IMG/VR virus record: IMGVR_UViG_3300045988_136394
Span: 32,001 to 96,000 of that record
Direction: 5' to 3' (one strand)
DNA from: a virus
Length of the DNA: 64,000 nucleotides
Each line of letters opens with the position of its first letter. Position 1 is the first letter of the stretch. Below, one piece after another: positions 19,116-30,157 of this stretch. The notes under the pieces are model-generated. The model saw only the letters and a list, made by a program, of their open reading frames with translations. It did no database searches and was not told the DNA's origin. Position numbers and translations under genes: made by a program.

Positions 19116-20271
19116 CTAGACTCACCGTACCTAATACAGGAATTTCTTGTAATGAACTTGTTTCTGTTAATTTAATATCTGTGTCTGTTTCATTTAATTT
19201 TAATTCATAGGCACTAGATACACCTTTAACATTTAGAATAGCAAAATTAATTCTACCTAAATAAACAGTTACAGAATAATTATTTTCATCGTCACTATTT
19301 TCCCAAGCTTCTCTTAAAGACAAAAGATAATTTTCTAAAGCAGCTTTAATATCAGGCATCAAAGTTTCTAATTTATATCCTGGCAATAAAGTGATTTTTC
19401 CAGACACATTAATTGTTCTAGGTAATGGAGTGCTTACTGTTACTTTATGCCCAATGGGAGCAATACCTAACCCTAAACCAGTTTCCCCGCCAGAATTTTC
19501 CGGATCGAATTTTTCTAAAATAGTTTGACAAAATTCTGAAGAACAAGAATTGTAATCTGTATCAATAATACTTAACTTTACAGTTCCTCCGCCTGCCCAT
19601 ACAGGATAAACTTGAACGCCACCAATGCCCGGAATTTCTTTAGCCCATTGCCGATACTGTGCAATATTACCACCAAACGCTGTTTTCATTAAATTAGCTA
19701 AAAATCTTTCTCTTAGAGAATCATCTGATTCTTCTTCTTCTCCCGGATAAAGTAAAGTAGTAATTTCAGCACTTGCCAACTTTTCAATATAATCATTAGG
19801 AACGATTCTACCTATATAACTATTTCCCACGCTACCAACAGTATTGCATTGCATAACATAACTTCCGGGTACTACATCACCATCTTCATTTGCGTATACC
19901 TGTACTGCGGTATAATTTAAGATAGTATCTCCAACGGTTGAAAAAGATTGTCCAATAGAAATTTGACAAGGTTCATCCAGCTGTGTTTTAAATACTCCTA
20001 ATTTTTTAGCGTATGTTGCGGGATCTCGAGTTATACCCCCCTCTATTACACGCCCATCAAGCCATAATCCATTTGCAGTTTCGATATATGTTTGTTCGAT
20101 AATATCAGCTAAATATAATATGTGTTTTGCGGCTTCATAACAACATGGTGATAAAGCATCCCGAATAATCGAACCTTCTCGTTTATCAACATTATCTGGA
20201 ACTTTGCTTAATGCTTCCGTTAAAATATACTCATAGGTATACTTTTGCAGGTATTCACTTAAAACATTCAT
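19105..20271 (-). CDS. Baseplate J-like protein (XkdT-like)
   Basis: 388 aa, conserved position between gp25-like and gpI-like genes. Confidence 0.75.
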   Translation of the reverse strand: MNVLSEYLQKYTYEYILTEALSKVPDNVDKREGSIIRDALSPCCYEAAKHILYLADIIEQTYIETANGLWLDGRVIEGGITRDPATYAKKLGVFKTQLDEPCQISIGQSFSTVGDTILNYTAVQVYANEDGDVVPGSYVMQCNTVGSVGNSYIGRIVPNDYIEKLASAEITTLLYPGEEEESDDSLRERFLANLMKTAFGGNIAQYRQWAKEIPGIGGVQVYPVWAGGGTVKLSIIDTDYNSCSSEFCQTILEKFDPENSGGETGLGLGIAPIGHKVTVSTPLPRTINVSGKITLLPGYKLETLMPDIKAALENYLLSLREAWENSDDENNYSVTVYLGRINFAILNVKGVSSAYELKLNETDTDIKLTETSSLQEIPVLGTVSLDEQ

Positions 20272-20669
20272 TTTTTCACCTCCAAAGTTATTGGCAATAC
20301 GCCAGATTCAGTTTGTAAATCTAAAGTAATTGACATATAGTCAAGTCCTTCTTGTGTAAACTGTAAATTACTAATAGCGTAAATTCGAGAATCTGCTAAT
20401 AAACAATCTTCCAAAGCTCTCTGTAAGTCTGCTTGAATATAATCAAAATCTTTACCGATATACTTTTCTAATTCAATTCCATAATTTTTAGAATAAATAA
20501 CATAAGCATATCTTTCAGTATCGAAATTTTTCATTATTGCTTGTTCAATAGCAGACTGTCCATCTGTTGTACCTATAATTCGTTTATTATAATTATCAAC
20601 CTTATAGGTTCTTGTAACTTCATTTTGCCCTATTTGATTTACAATAATATTGCGATTTGTGGGTATCAT
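20268..20669 (-). CDS. Baseplate wedge gp25/W-like (XkdS-like)
   Basis: 133 aa, characteristic size and position. Confidence 0.6.
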   Translation of the reverse strand: MIPTNRNIIVNQIGQNEVTRTYKVDNYNKRIIGTTDGQSAIEQAIMKNFDTERYAYVIYSKNYGIELEKYIGKDFDYIQADLQRALEDCLLADSRIYAISNLQFTQEGLDYMSITLDLQTESGVLPITLEVKK

Positions 20670-21067
20670 GGTATTCCCTCCACCCTTTGCTGAATTAAAA
20701 ATTTCTGTCCATTATTAAATCTAATTAAAATAACTCTGTCGCCGGGATTCAAGCCACGCCATAATTGTATCTCAGGAAGCTCTTCTGTGGTATTGTGCAT
20801 ACCATTATGAATAGCTTGATGTTTATGCTTTACTTGTCCTTTTTCCGGAAAAGGAATCTTAATTATTGTTTCCTTACATAAAGCTCCGACAACTAATTGA
20901 TTTTCACCTAATGTCGTTCTCGAATCTAATTGTACACTTAAAGGAGAAACAGAAAGCACTGTTCCGTATACACAATCAGACATATCGGAACTTTGAGCTC
21001 TCTGTTTTACCATTTTTCGCGTTATACTTAGAATCCGAACAACTCCAGAATCTTCCATATTAAACAC
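20666..21067 (-). CDS. XkdR-like small tail protein
   Basis: Position. Confidence 0.45.
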   Translation of the reverse strand: MFNMEDSGVVRILSITRKMVKQRAQSSDMSDCVYGTVLSVSPLSVQLDSRTTLGENQLVVGALCKETIIKIPFPEKGQVKHKHQAIHNGMHNTTEELPEIQLWRGLNPGDRVILIRFNNGQKFLIQQRVEGIP

Positions 21068-22049
21068 CTACATCCAAACTATATTGACTTAAATTTAATT
21101 TAACTATGTGCTCATTATTTTTCCAAGTGTGCGAACAATCTGTTGCAATATATTCCTGCATATTAACAAATCCAGCTTTAGTTAGAGGGTCTAATTTAAC
21201 GGTTAACCAATTTCCAGCTCTAAAAGAATAGGGTAAACCAACACACTCAACTCTTAAAGATTTTAATTCCCTATTTTTAACCTTCAAAAGAGCATCGCCT
21301 CTTTGTTTGATTTGATTTTCAGTTGCTGTTTTATCTACTTTTTCGTAATATTGCAATATGCCCCATTTACGCTGATTTTCATCATCCTGAGCCACATAAA
21401 CTTTACGAACTCCTTCTTTCGTATTGTCTTGTACTAATTTTACACGATTATATGAATCCCTGTCAATGTTTTTCTTAAAATTGTAACCTGTAATATTTAA
21501 ATCGTCTGAAATGTAGTAGTTTGTTTTTGTTGATAATAAACTGATTTGTTCTAATGTACCATAATTATCTCTTAGAATAAACCAATTTTGTATATTCACT
21601 AACGCTTCGTCATAGCCATAATTAATTATTGAATACAAGGATTTTCCATCATGAACTCGTGGAGAAACTTCCCATGAACAATCATCAACTATTTTGTAAG
21701 TAAATTTCCAGTCTTCACAAATAGCTTTAAAAATCTGAGTTGCTGTCTTTCCGGAAAAGACATAGGATTCTTTATTTTTTAAATAAAAAACTTGATCAAC
21801 AGCTTCATAAGTAATAGTATCTTCAGAAGCTGTCATATTAACAACATATCCATAGAAAATTGGTATATCGTCAATTCTTAAATTAACTGTGGTTGCAAAT
21901 TCTAAAATTAATTCAATATTATTAGGTACGGAGAATCTTAATTTTCCAGGCTGTTCTAGCAATGTCGTTGTCCAAGATATATCAAAGACAACTTGAGAAA
22001 TTTCAAAAACTTTAGTATTCGGAAGTTGTACAGCTAATAAAATATTCAT
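21060..22049 (-). CDS. XkdQ-like tail/baseplate hub protein
   Basis: 329 aa, position after XkdP-like. Confidence 0.55.
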   Translation of the reverse strand: MNILLAVQLPNTKVFEISQVVFDISWTTTLLEQPGKLRFSVPNNIELILEFATTVNLRIDDIPIFYGYVVNMTASEDTITYEAVDQVFYLKNKESYVFSGKTATQIFKAICEDWKFTYKIVDDCSWEVSPRVHDGKSLYSIINYGYDEALVNIQNWFILRDNYGTLEQISLLSTKTNYYISDDLNITGYNFKKNIDRDSYNRVKLVQDNTKEGVRKVYVAQDDENQRKWGILQYYEKVDKTATENQIKQRGDALLKVKNRELKSLRVECVGLPYSFRAGNWLTVKLDPLTKAGFVNMQEYIATDCSHTWKNNEHIVKLNLSQYSLDVGV

Positions 22050-22906
22050 TACAGTATACCCGATATTTTATTTACCGCTGTTTCGGATACCCAACCAATC
22101 CAACGGTCTTCATTATCAGTTATATGGATTGCTCCATTATTATCGAAATCTAAAAGATTTACGTAACAGCCAGTTTTATTCTTAACATACCTATCTACAA
22201 ACTGCATAGCTGGATCTTTATAAATTGTACCTGTTACACTTACTTCATCCCCCATTGTTAAGGCCTCGGATTCATCTGTTCTTAATCCACCAGTATCAAC
22301 AGTTATTGTACCATCTTCATCAACGGTAGCGTTATTAACTGCATAAATCTGATAAACCTTAAATTCGATATCATAATATGGATCTGGATCTGCTTCCTTC
22401 CAATCATAATCGAATTTTTCAATAGATACAAGCTTATTAAATCCAACAGCAAGTCCAGTAATAATTAACCTTACAGGTTCTTTGCTATCTCTAATCTTAC
22501 TAAATAAACTTACATAAAATGAAGGTTCATGAAATTGTGCTTTATTTTGCCTATCTAAAATTTGCTTAATTAATGCAGTATAAAAAGTTTGTTCTGAATT
22601 GCCTGTTAGCACATATGGATAGTTCTGTGTTTCTATTGTTGGGAAAAAACAACTAAATCCAATCGTGCTTAATTTAGGATTTTTTAAAACATTTATTTCT
22701 CCTAATGATACAATAGGGTATGTTTTATTATTTCCCGGAGTAGCGATTTTTAAGTCTGAAGGATTTACAGGAATTTGCACTGTATCTCCTTTATACACAA
22801 TAAATATCTTTACATCGCCTCTAGCCCTACTTATAGAATCCGAATTTGGAGAAAGGCTCTCAAGAAGTGTGGTAGTATCACTTATTTTTCCGGATTGTGC
22901 AACCAT
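22049..22906 (-). CDS. XkdP-like tail protein
   Basis: Immediately downstream of tape measure. Confidence 0.5.
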   Translation of the reverse strand: MVAQSGKISDTTTLLESLSPNSDSISRARGDVKIFIVYKGDTVQIPVNPSDLKIATPGNNKTYPIVSLGEINVLKNPKLSTIGFSCFFPTIETQNYPYVLTGNSEQTFYTALIKQILDRQNKAQFHEPSFYVSLFSKIRDSKEPVRLIITGLAVGFNKLVSIEKFDYDWKEADPDPYYDIEFKVYQIYAVNNATVDEDGTITVDTGGLRTDESEALTMGDEVSVTGTIYKDPAMQFVDRYVKNKTGCYVNLLDFDNNGAIHITDNEDRWIGWVSETAVNKISGIL

Positions 22907-22912
22907 TTTATC

Positions 22913-24628
22913 CTACTCCTCTCCAACACTTAAATTATAGGCATTTTCAAACATATCCGCCAAATCATCTGCAATTTGTCCTACATCTGCATTTTGATGC
23001 ACATCTCCAAACACAACTCTCATAATTGGACGCATTGTAGTATACCTATTCACAAATTCTATTGCCTGAGATTCTTTGATCCACTTAATACTATCTTCAT
23101 CAAGACTAATTTTACCACCTTTAACATTTTTTACTTCTCCAACAGTATCAAGATCCGTAATAGGTTTAGCTTTAACTCCACCAGTAGCTCCAACACCATT
23201 TGGATTAAATGTATTTTTCATGGTATTTAAAAAACTGTCTATTTTAGTGTTAGTATCTTTAGCAAAATTAGTTCCCCAATCATAACCTGATTTATAACTA
23301 GCTCCTACATCTTCCATCGCAAACATACTTACATAACCAATTTTTTCTTTACCTAATTTATCTAAAACAAAATTCATTCCTCGAAGAATTATGTTATTAA
23401 ATAGTAAGATAAAATAATCGGCAACCATTTTTACTAAATTCATAAAGGCTGTTTTCATTGCATTAATACCACCCATAATAACTCCAAAAGCTTCCGGAAA
23501 AGCTAAAAATAATTTCATTAACATTCCGACGGCGGCTACTACGAGCAATACTTGCCAATTCATAGCAATAAAACTTAATGCCAACGCAGCGGCTCCAGGA
23601 AGCGCTGCTGCAATATTACGAACTAATATAACAAGAGAAACGCCTGCAATGTAGCCTAAAATTCCAGCTAATATATCAAAATTTTCTACAAGTGTTTGAA
23701 TCATTCCTACGCCGCTGGTACTAATGCCAGTAAATATTTCATCCATTCCAATTAGCAGACTATTTCCAGCCATCGTCATAGCTTGACCGAATGTTATAGG
23801 AAGTTCATTAAATTTATTTTCAATTTCTGTAGCTTTTTGAAAAACTGCATTCTTAATTACTTCAGCAGTTATTTCCCCATTTTTTTGTGCTTCTTTAAAA
23901 GCTGCATCATCAAGTCCCATATAATTTTGTATAGCTTTTTTAATTAAAGGAGCAGATTCGCGAATAGTACGCATTTCATCGCCTTGCAATCTTCCAGAGG
24001 CCATAGCTTGTGTGAGCTGATACATGGCCGCTTTTTGTTCTTGTGGTGTACTACCACCAACAAGGAAAGCCTTATTTACTAACTCAGTAAAAGCTATTAA
24101 TTCATTGTTATTTGCAAAAGCGTGTCCTGCAAGAATACCCATACGACCAATAACTCGGCTTGTAGCTAAATAGTCAGCTCTTGATCTTTGTGCAGAATCA
24201 TAAATATCTCTGGATAGTTGATCTTGTGTTCTTAAACCATCATTAATAATATTTAATCTCGCTGCATTTAACATTAAGGCATCGCCTATATCTGTTACAC
24301 GTCCAATTTCTGAAATGGTACTTTTCAACAAATACACACCAGCTAATAATTCTGTTAAAGGATTCATTGCATTTGAAAATACGTTTCCAATAGGATTTTC
24401 ATCTTTAAAGCCAAGCCCCTTAATTAAATTCTGAGAACGATTAACATCAGAATTAAAATCTTTAAGTAAAGCATTAGCTTTTGATATATCCCGCGAAGCT
24501 GCTTTAAATAGACTCGCTTCGCCCGGCGTTTGATTTAATGCCGTTAAAGTAAGACGAAGCGAGGCTAAAACCTTATTTAGCACAGGGGACATTTGATCGT
24601 TTAAATATAATGTATTCCTGACTTCCAT
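22913..24628 (-). CDS. Tail tape measure protein
   Basis: 571 aa, TM helices, motif QAMASGRLQGDEMRTIRESAP typical of TMPs. Confidence 0.8.
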   Translation of the reverse strand: MEVRNTLYLNDQMSPVLNKVLASLRLTLTALNQTPGEASLFKAASRDISKANALLKDFNSDVNRSQNLIKGLGFKDENPIGNVFSNAMNPLTELLAGVYLLKSTISEIGRVTDIGDALMLNAARLNIINDGLRTQDQLSRDIYDSAQRSRADYLATSRVIGRMGILAGHAFANNNELIAFTELVNKAFLVGGSTPQEQKAAMYQLTQAMASGRLQGDEMRTIRESAPLIKKAIQNYMGLDDAAFKEAQKNGEITAEVIKNAVFQKATEIENKFNELPITFGQAMTMAGNSLLIGMDEIFTGISTSGVGMIQTLVENFDILAGILGYIAGVSLVILVRNIAAALPGAAALALSFIAMNWQVLLVVAAVGMLMKLFLAFPEAFGVIMGGINAMKTAFMNLVKMVADYFILLFNNIILRGMNFVLDKLGKEKIGYVSMFAMEDVGASYKSGYDWGTNFAKDTNTKIDSFLNTMKNTFNPNGVGATGGVKAKPITDLDTVGEVKNVKGGKISLDEDSIKWIKESQAIEFVNRYTTMRPIMRVVFGDVHQNADVGQIADDLADMFENAYNLSVGEE

Positions 24629-24647
24629 AGGCTAACCTCGCTATCTT

Positions 24648-25216
24648 TTATGTTTTCGTTTTCTTTTGTAATTCAGCATCTTGTTTAGCGGCGATTTCAA
24701 TAAATGCCAGCACACAGGCTTTTTCTGAAATTGGCAAATTTAGATATTCAGAAGGCTTCCAATGAAGTCTTCTGAAACACCAAAATGCTGCCACTGTATC
24801 GGAATCTCCTTCTTTAAAGAGCTGTTTTACTTTTTTGCTGTGTCAACAGCCTCTTCACCATAGCCAGAATGTTGCATGATTTTATTTGCAATAAATTCAA
24901 TTTCGCCGGGTTTAAATTTAGCTTTAACAAATTCCGTTGGAACTGTAACACCACCTAAAACAGCCGGGTCACGGAAATTAGGGTTTACACAGCCAATAGC
25001 CATTAAGCTACTGGATAATGCCATGTTATCAACTGTTGGTTCACCTTTTGCATTAATTTTAATTGCCTTAGCTCTAGCTTCTTGCCATTCATCGGCATCA
25101 ATAGCTCTAATAGTAATTGTTATTCCTGCAAGCTCACCCTTTAAAGCAATTTCTTTTGTATCACGTATATCACGATTTCGAATAAGATCTAAAAGTTCCA
25201 TTATAATAACCTCCAA
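24648..25216 (-). CDS. Tail assembly chaperone; 24827..25216 is the short product, with a -1 frameshift extension reaching 24648
   Basis: Slippery heptamer A_AAA_AAG (plus 24830-24836) immediately before the TAA stop; the -1 frame stays open for 61 codons and ends just before the TMP RBS. Confidence 0.7.
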
Positions 25217-25696
25217 TTAAATTTCCGGATTAGGGCTTGAAAAGTAATCTAAATATTCAAAGTCGGAGAATGTGCAAGTCATAGACTCTTCCAAAACTTC
25301 GCTTTCAACATCTAATTTTGCCAAGACCCCTTCATCAATATTGCAGTAATAGAATGCAGACACCTGTTTTCCGATTGTGGTAGTTGGGTCATTATTCTTG
25401 ATAGTAATAGTGAAATATAAATCTTTACCTGTTTTAGCGTATTCACGCATAAGTTTACGAAATACAGAAGAAACATAGTAAAGAGTAAATTCACCTTTAC
25501 CAGACCAGCCAGAAGATTTATGTTGCGCCCCACGAAAACCAAGAGAACGAAATTCTTTCTTGCGTTTTGTGAAAGTCATTGTACAATCCTTAATCATAAA
25601 CAATTCTGTAAGAACACCGTCAACAACCATAGTTGCCCAACCTTCTTGACCGGAAACGGCATCGCCAGCTCGTAAATAATCATACTCCTGTGACAT
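25217..25696 (-). CDS. Tail tube protein (XkdM-like)
   Basis: 159 aa, position between sheath and chaperone. Confidence 0.7.
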   Translation of the reverse strand: MSQEYDYLRAGDAVSGQEGWATMVVDGVLTELFMIKDCTMTFTKRKKEFRSLGFRGAQHKSSGWSGKGEFTLYYVSSVFRKLMREYAKTGKDLYFTITIKNNDPTTTIGKQVSAFYYCNIDEGVLAKLDVESEVLEESMTCTFSDFEYLDYFSSPNPEI

Positions 25697-25713
25697 TATT
25701 TAATCCTCCCTTC

Positions 25714-27048
25714 TTAACGACGAATAGTTACTGTCATATACAATTTTTCCATTGAATCAACAGGCTGTAAATACAATTCAACTACAACTTCGTCAAGGTT
25801 AGCACCTTGTCTGATTGTAATGTCTGTAGAGCCGTCAAAATTCTGAATAGCGCCCATTTTTTGAAGTTTATTTAAGTAATCAACGATATCAGCTTTAAAT
25901 ATTTCTCGACCATCATCATTATTATTCTGTTTACCTAAATAACTCTTTTCAAATAATAAACGAATATCATTATTAATTTGATCAATGGTACGAATTACTC
26001 TGTTTTTACTAAAAGAATAATCTTTTAGTGCAGTAAACGTATGCAATGTATTAATATCCTGTTCAACAACAACAACGCCATCTTGGCGAGAAGAAAGAAT
26101 AAATTTACCCCTTCTTAAAGCATCAATAATTTGTTCATGTGTCAATTGATTAATGATTTCTGTTGCATCTTCAAAAGCATAATAAGTTAAAGATTTATTA
26201 ATTGCACAACCTGCACTCATACCAGTTACACGAGCCACAAAAATAGGAACTGTAATCTCATACTGAGCGGATATATAACCTTGATTAAGAGTAGAAATAA
26301 TACCCTCTGTATCTGCATCAATATTATTTAAAACGGCCTGAACTTTCGTTCCGGTTGTTTCTCTCATATAACTGATAAAGGATTTTACTTGAGCGTGTAT
26401 TTCAGTTGATGTTTCGAGTGGGATACCCATTGTATTCCATTTTGCAGTTTTCAGTAATTCAAAATAACGAGTATAATTAGAATTAACTACAGTCCCATTT
26501 GTGCCATCTTCCAATTCCCCGCCCGCATCAGCTGTTAAAGATGCTGAACTTGTACCACTAAAATCAACAAAATCATTATTTTCGATATCGCCTACAGTAG
26601 TCCCTGTCTGTGTATCCTTAACAATTCCATTAAAAGTAGTAATAACATCGAATGCAGACCCATTTTCAACCACGGAAACGGCAATTTTATTTCCGCCAAC
26701 ACCTGCATATTTCGCAGTAGCCGTAAGATTGTTTAAAATAAGCTTTGCTTTAGTGCCTCCAGTATCCATACGGAAAAGCAAAACTTTAGAACAATCTGTC
26801 AAAACTTGCTGATATATTAAAGATTCTTCATCCATAATATTACAGCCAATAATACTTTCACAGGAGCCATCTAAAAGTTGTTCTGGAGTTAAACTAATTA
26901 ATACATCATTAGCGCCAAAGTTCATTTGAATTGGTAATGTAGCAATTCCACGATCGCCTACCATATTCAAAGGCTGAGATGCACTTTGAAAATTAATATA
27001 AGCACCCGGACGAACTTTATTCATAGCTTCAAAAGTTCCACCTGCCAT
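25714..27048 (-). CDS. Tail sheath protein (XkdK-like)
   Basis: 444 aa, position, sheath-like sequence. Confidence 0.8.
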   Translation of the reverse strand: MAGGTFEAMNKVRPGAYINFQSASQPLNMVGDRGIATLPIQMNFGANDVLISLTPEQLLDGSCESIIGCNIMDEESLIYQQVLTDCSKVLLFRMDTGGTKAKLILNNLTATAKYAGVGGNKIAVSVVENGSAFDVITTFNGIVKDTQTGTTVGDIENNDFVDFSGTSSASLTADAGGELEDGTNGTVVNSNYTRYFELLKTAKWNTMGIPLETSTEIHAQVKSFISYMRETTGTKVQAVLNNIDADTEGIISTLNQGYISAQYEITVPIFVARVTGMSAGCAINKSLTYYAFEDATEIINQLTHEQIIDALRRGKFILSSRQDGVVVVEQDINTLHTFTALKDYSFSKNRVIRTIDQINNDIRLLFEKSYLGKQNNNDDGREIFKADIVDYLNKLQKMGAIQNFDGSTDITIRQGANLDEVVVELYLQPVDSMEKLYMTVTIRR

Positions 27049-27545
27049 TATTCTTCATCCTCCATTCGTTGAATTTCCAAAACTTGCATTTTAGGTTCTT
27101 CAGGCAAAATAAGTTTTGCCTTAATTTTATAATTAACAAAGAACTGTAAGACATTTTCAATAATTTGATAATTCATCTTACTTGCCTTTGCTTTTCTTGT
27201 TACTACTTCATCGCCATCTTGTTTATCTGGAATGTCGATTATTCTTAGAATACCAAACAATTTTTCAGCCATATCACGATATTCACTATGCCTACCATAA
27301 TCAGATTCTTCTAAATAATATTCGACTTTCATTCGATATGTTCTCCAAGCCGAAGCAGTCATCCCATTTTCTTGTGTTACATCAATTACAGATAATACGA
27401 AAAAGGGCTCTACTGCACCTTCCATTATCTTATTTTTAAAAATAGTTGGAATTATGGGTGGGTCTACAGAATCATTTTTTAACCGATTTGCAATATTTTT
27501 TGCCATTGCACTAATAATGAAATCGCCTTTAATTGGTATAATCAT
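27048..27545 (-). CDS. Tail completion / head-tail joining protein
   Basis: Position. Confidence 0.45.
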   Translation of the reverse strand: MIIPIKGDFIISAMAKNIANRLKNDSVDPPIIPTIFKNKIMEGAVEPFFVLSVIDVTQENGMTASAWRTYRMKVEYYLEESDYGRHSEYRDMAEKLFGILRIIDIPDKQDGDEVVTRKAKASKMNYQIIENVLQFFVNYKIKAKLILPEEPKMQVLEIQRMEDEE

Positions 27546-28012
27546 AATCCTTTTCCTTTATAAAATGCTTTAAATGCAGCTTCAAAGTTGGCTTTAATTG
27601 TATCATCATATCTATCAATTGCGATCCGGCACATATGAAAACCATTTACAAAAGGCTTTTTTAATACTATTCCTGATTTAGCTCCTTTTGTATAAACAAA
27701 CTTCCCACCAACAAAAATTCCAGGAACAAATCTACCGACTTGTTGCCTATGCCCATCTTCCACATATGACGCATATTCTAGTGAATTGAAAATTTGAATA
27801 TAATAACCTTTAGCAGTTTTAAAAACTTGAGTTAATTCCCAGCGATTTCTTAAATCCCCTGTCTTAACTGGAGTTAGTGCTTTTGTGTCAGCTAATACCT
27901 TCATGGCCTCTTTTAAAAGAAACTGACGACAAAATAAATCATAATCTTTTTCTAGGTTCTCAAAATTTTTTAAAAACTTGTCAAAATCTTTATGATCAAA
28001 TTTTATAGACAT
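27542..28012 (-). CDS. Head-tail joining protein (HK97 gp10-like)
   Basis: Position, size. Confidence 0.45.
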   Translation of the reverse strand: MSIKFDHKDFDKFLKNFENLEKDYDLFCRQFLLKEAMKVLADTKALTPVKTGDLRNRWELTQVFKTAKGYYIQIFNSLEYASYVEDGHRQQVGRFVPGIFVGGKFVYTKGAKSGIVLKKPFVNGFHMCRIAIDRYDDTIKANFEAAFKAFYKGKGL

Positions 28013-28404
28013 TAGGCAAACTCCCTATTTACAAGAGCGAATTGCTGATGGGAAGTATGCTTTTCAGGTCTACCAGCATAATCTGTATATGTATCTAATA
28101 CATTTCCATGATCGTCTAGTACATAAGCTTTAATCTTATCACCTTTACGAATATCATAGGAAGGATCACAAAAAATTCCAATATGCTGATTTGTTGGGTT
28201 TATTAATAATGAATCTTCTTCCGGTAAATCTTGATAATTCAAACTAATTTTACAAGGAATTTTTGTATAAATAGGCTGAACGGATTGTTCATTTGATACA
28301 GTAAAGTCCTCCCCCATAGTTAAACCTAACCGATAAACTTCCATTCTGTCTTTATACATTAATGATTTAAAGAGTTTTCTTGTAAAACCAATTTTTATCA
28401 CCAT
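28012..28404 (-). CDS. Head-tail adaptor
   Basis: Position. Confidence 0.45.
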   Translation of the reverse strand: MVIKIGFTRKLFKSLMYKDRMEVYRLGLTMGEDFTVSNEQSVQPIYTKIPCKISLNYQDLPEEDSLLINPTNQHIGIFCDPSYDIRKGDKIKAYVLDDHGNVLDTYTDYAGRPEKHTSHQQFALVNREFA

Positions 28405-28832
28405 ACTAACCTCCGAAATTTCTTCAGTTGGGATTCATAATCTAAAACAACAGTATCTAAATTAGCTTGATGACTTCTTAAATTCTTGTTATATATAGAG
28501 GTATCGCTACCACTTCCAAAGGTTATAGTAGTATCCCCTACTCTTATAGAGTTGATATTGCCTGTATTCACATCTGGCTCGGCTTCTTCCTCCTCACCTT
28601 CTACAGAAACAGTTGTTGCCTTTATAAACTCATCTTCATACCTAAATAAGTCAACTACCATATTCGCAAAAGTATAAGTTAATTCTTTAGGAATCTCATT
28701 AATATTACAATAATTTAAAATAGTCTGTTCTATTTCATCTACTGTTATTTTTAGTAAAGGCTCGGAGGGTGTATCCGCTCCGAGCTTTACTTTTACAATG
28801 TCCGTAACTAAAGATTTATCAACAGTTTTCAT
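28398..28832 (-). CDS. Head-tail connector
   Basis: Position after capsid. Confidence 0.45.
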   Translation of the reverse strand: MKTVDKSLVTDIVKVKLGADTPSEPLLKITVDEIEQTILNYCNINEIPKELTYTFANMVVDLFRYEDEFIKATTVSVEGEEEEAEPDVNTGNINSIRVGDTTITFGSGSDTSIYNKNLRSHQANLDTVVLDYESQLKKFRRLVW

Positions 28833-29038
28833 TCCGTTAATCTTCCAGATTTAGATTTTTTTCTTTTTGGAGTTGCAACAGGTTTTTCTTCCTGTTCTAC
28901 TTGTTCTTCAAAAACAACAGCTCCAGATTTTTTCATTTCCGGAAGATCAGATTCATCGGCGATAATATCAGTATAGGGAGGATATACTTTACGATTATAT
29001 TTTACAGTTATGGGAAACTGTACTTTAACCTTAGACAT
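28829..29038 (-). CDS. Small hypothetical structural protein
   Basis: ORF with coupled stop/start. Confidence 0.4.
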   Translation of the reverse strand: MSKVKVQFPITVKYNRKVYPPYTDIIADESDLPEMKKSGAVVFEEQVEQEEKPVATPKRKKSKSGRLTE

Positions 29039-29052
29039 ATTAGCCTCCTAAA

Positions 29053-30132
29053 TTATTGAACTTTCATTACATAAATGTCATCCATTCTTTCGAAGGAAGG
29101 CAGCATAATAGCATCTACAACAGTAAATACATTTACTGGATGCGGTTCTTTAACTGTGGTAATGGCAACACCATTAGCTACAACAGAAACAGAAGCGGAA
29201 GAATTACCGCTCATTAAATCATATTCTTCAGGAGTAGTGCCAAACCAAGTATTACCTAAAGAATAACTCGGTAACAAAGTTACATATCCATCAGGATAGA
29301 ATTTATGGTCAACACCTTGTTCATCTTTGAACATCTTATCATATGTAATGATTTCAAGTTGAGTTTCTTGACTTACAAAGGATTTAGCCTGAGCGCTAGA
29401 AACCAACATATTCGGAGCTGCTAATGGATTCATAAATTTCTTAATGGATTCAGAAGCCAACATATCTCGCAATGTTTTAGTTGTCATCAATGCTCGAGTA
29501 AGAGTGACACCATATTGATCAGCCATTGTAGTTGTTGCGTCAAGTAAGTCACCAATCGGATCATTTACAGCTTTCTTTTCTTGAGTCCAAACACCATCAC
29601 CAGTCAAAGTGATTTTATGGTCGGAAGCCCAATCGCCGTCAGGATCATAATTATATTGATAACTAATATCACGACCAGTGCCTGCGGTTGCAGTAACAGA
29701 GATAGTACCATCTACCAGCAAGCTCATACGCATACGTTCTGCTTGTACCAATGCACCATCTACAAGACGAGTAATATCGTCATATACACGTGCAATAGTA
29801 GGCTGTGCAAAAGGAATGCCTTTAGCCAACAGATTTTGAATATCCTGACGTTCTTTTTCACCAATACGAGTTGCTTCACGGAAGAACGGCATTTCCGTAG
29901 AAACTTCAGTAACACCAATACGATCTCTTAAAGTCGCTTTGGTATCAAAAGCAGACGGTTGCAATGCAACAGGAAGTTGATTACGACCTTTAATCCATGC
30001 AAGCTCAAGACCATTATTTTTATTATTAGGGAAAAATTGACTACCAATCATAGGATTTTTCATGGCTGTATTAACATCAGTCCAATAAGCTGCAATGGCC
30101 TTTGAATCAAAAATTTCAAAAATAGATTTCAT
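29053..30132 (-). CDS. Major capsid protein
   Basis: 359 aa; downstream of scaffold. Confidence 0.75.
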   Translation of the reverse strand: MKSIFEIFDSKAIAAYWTDVNTAMKNPMIGSQFFPNNKNNGLELAWIKGRNQLPVALQPSAFDTKATLRDRIGVTEVSTEMPFFREATRIGEKERQDIQNLLAKGIPFAQPTIARVYDDITRLVDGALVQAERMRMSLLVDGTISVTATAGTGRDISYQYNYDPDGDWASDHKITLTGDGVWTQEKKAVNDPIGDLLDATTTMADQYGVTLTRALMTTKTLRDMLASESIKKFMNPLAAPNMLVSSAQAKSFVSQETQLEIITYDKMFKDEQGVDHKFYPDGYVTLLPSYSLGNTWFGTTPEEYDLMSGNSSASVSVVANGVAITTVKEPHPVNVFTVVDAIMLPSFERMDDIYVMKVQ

Positions 30133-30157
30133 TTCTATTATTCTCCTTTACTAATAA

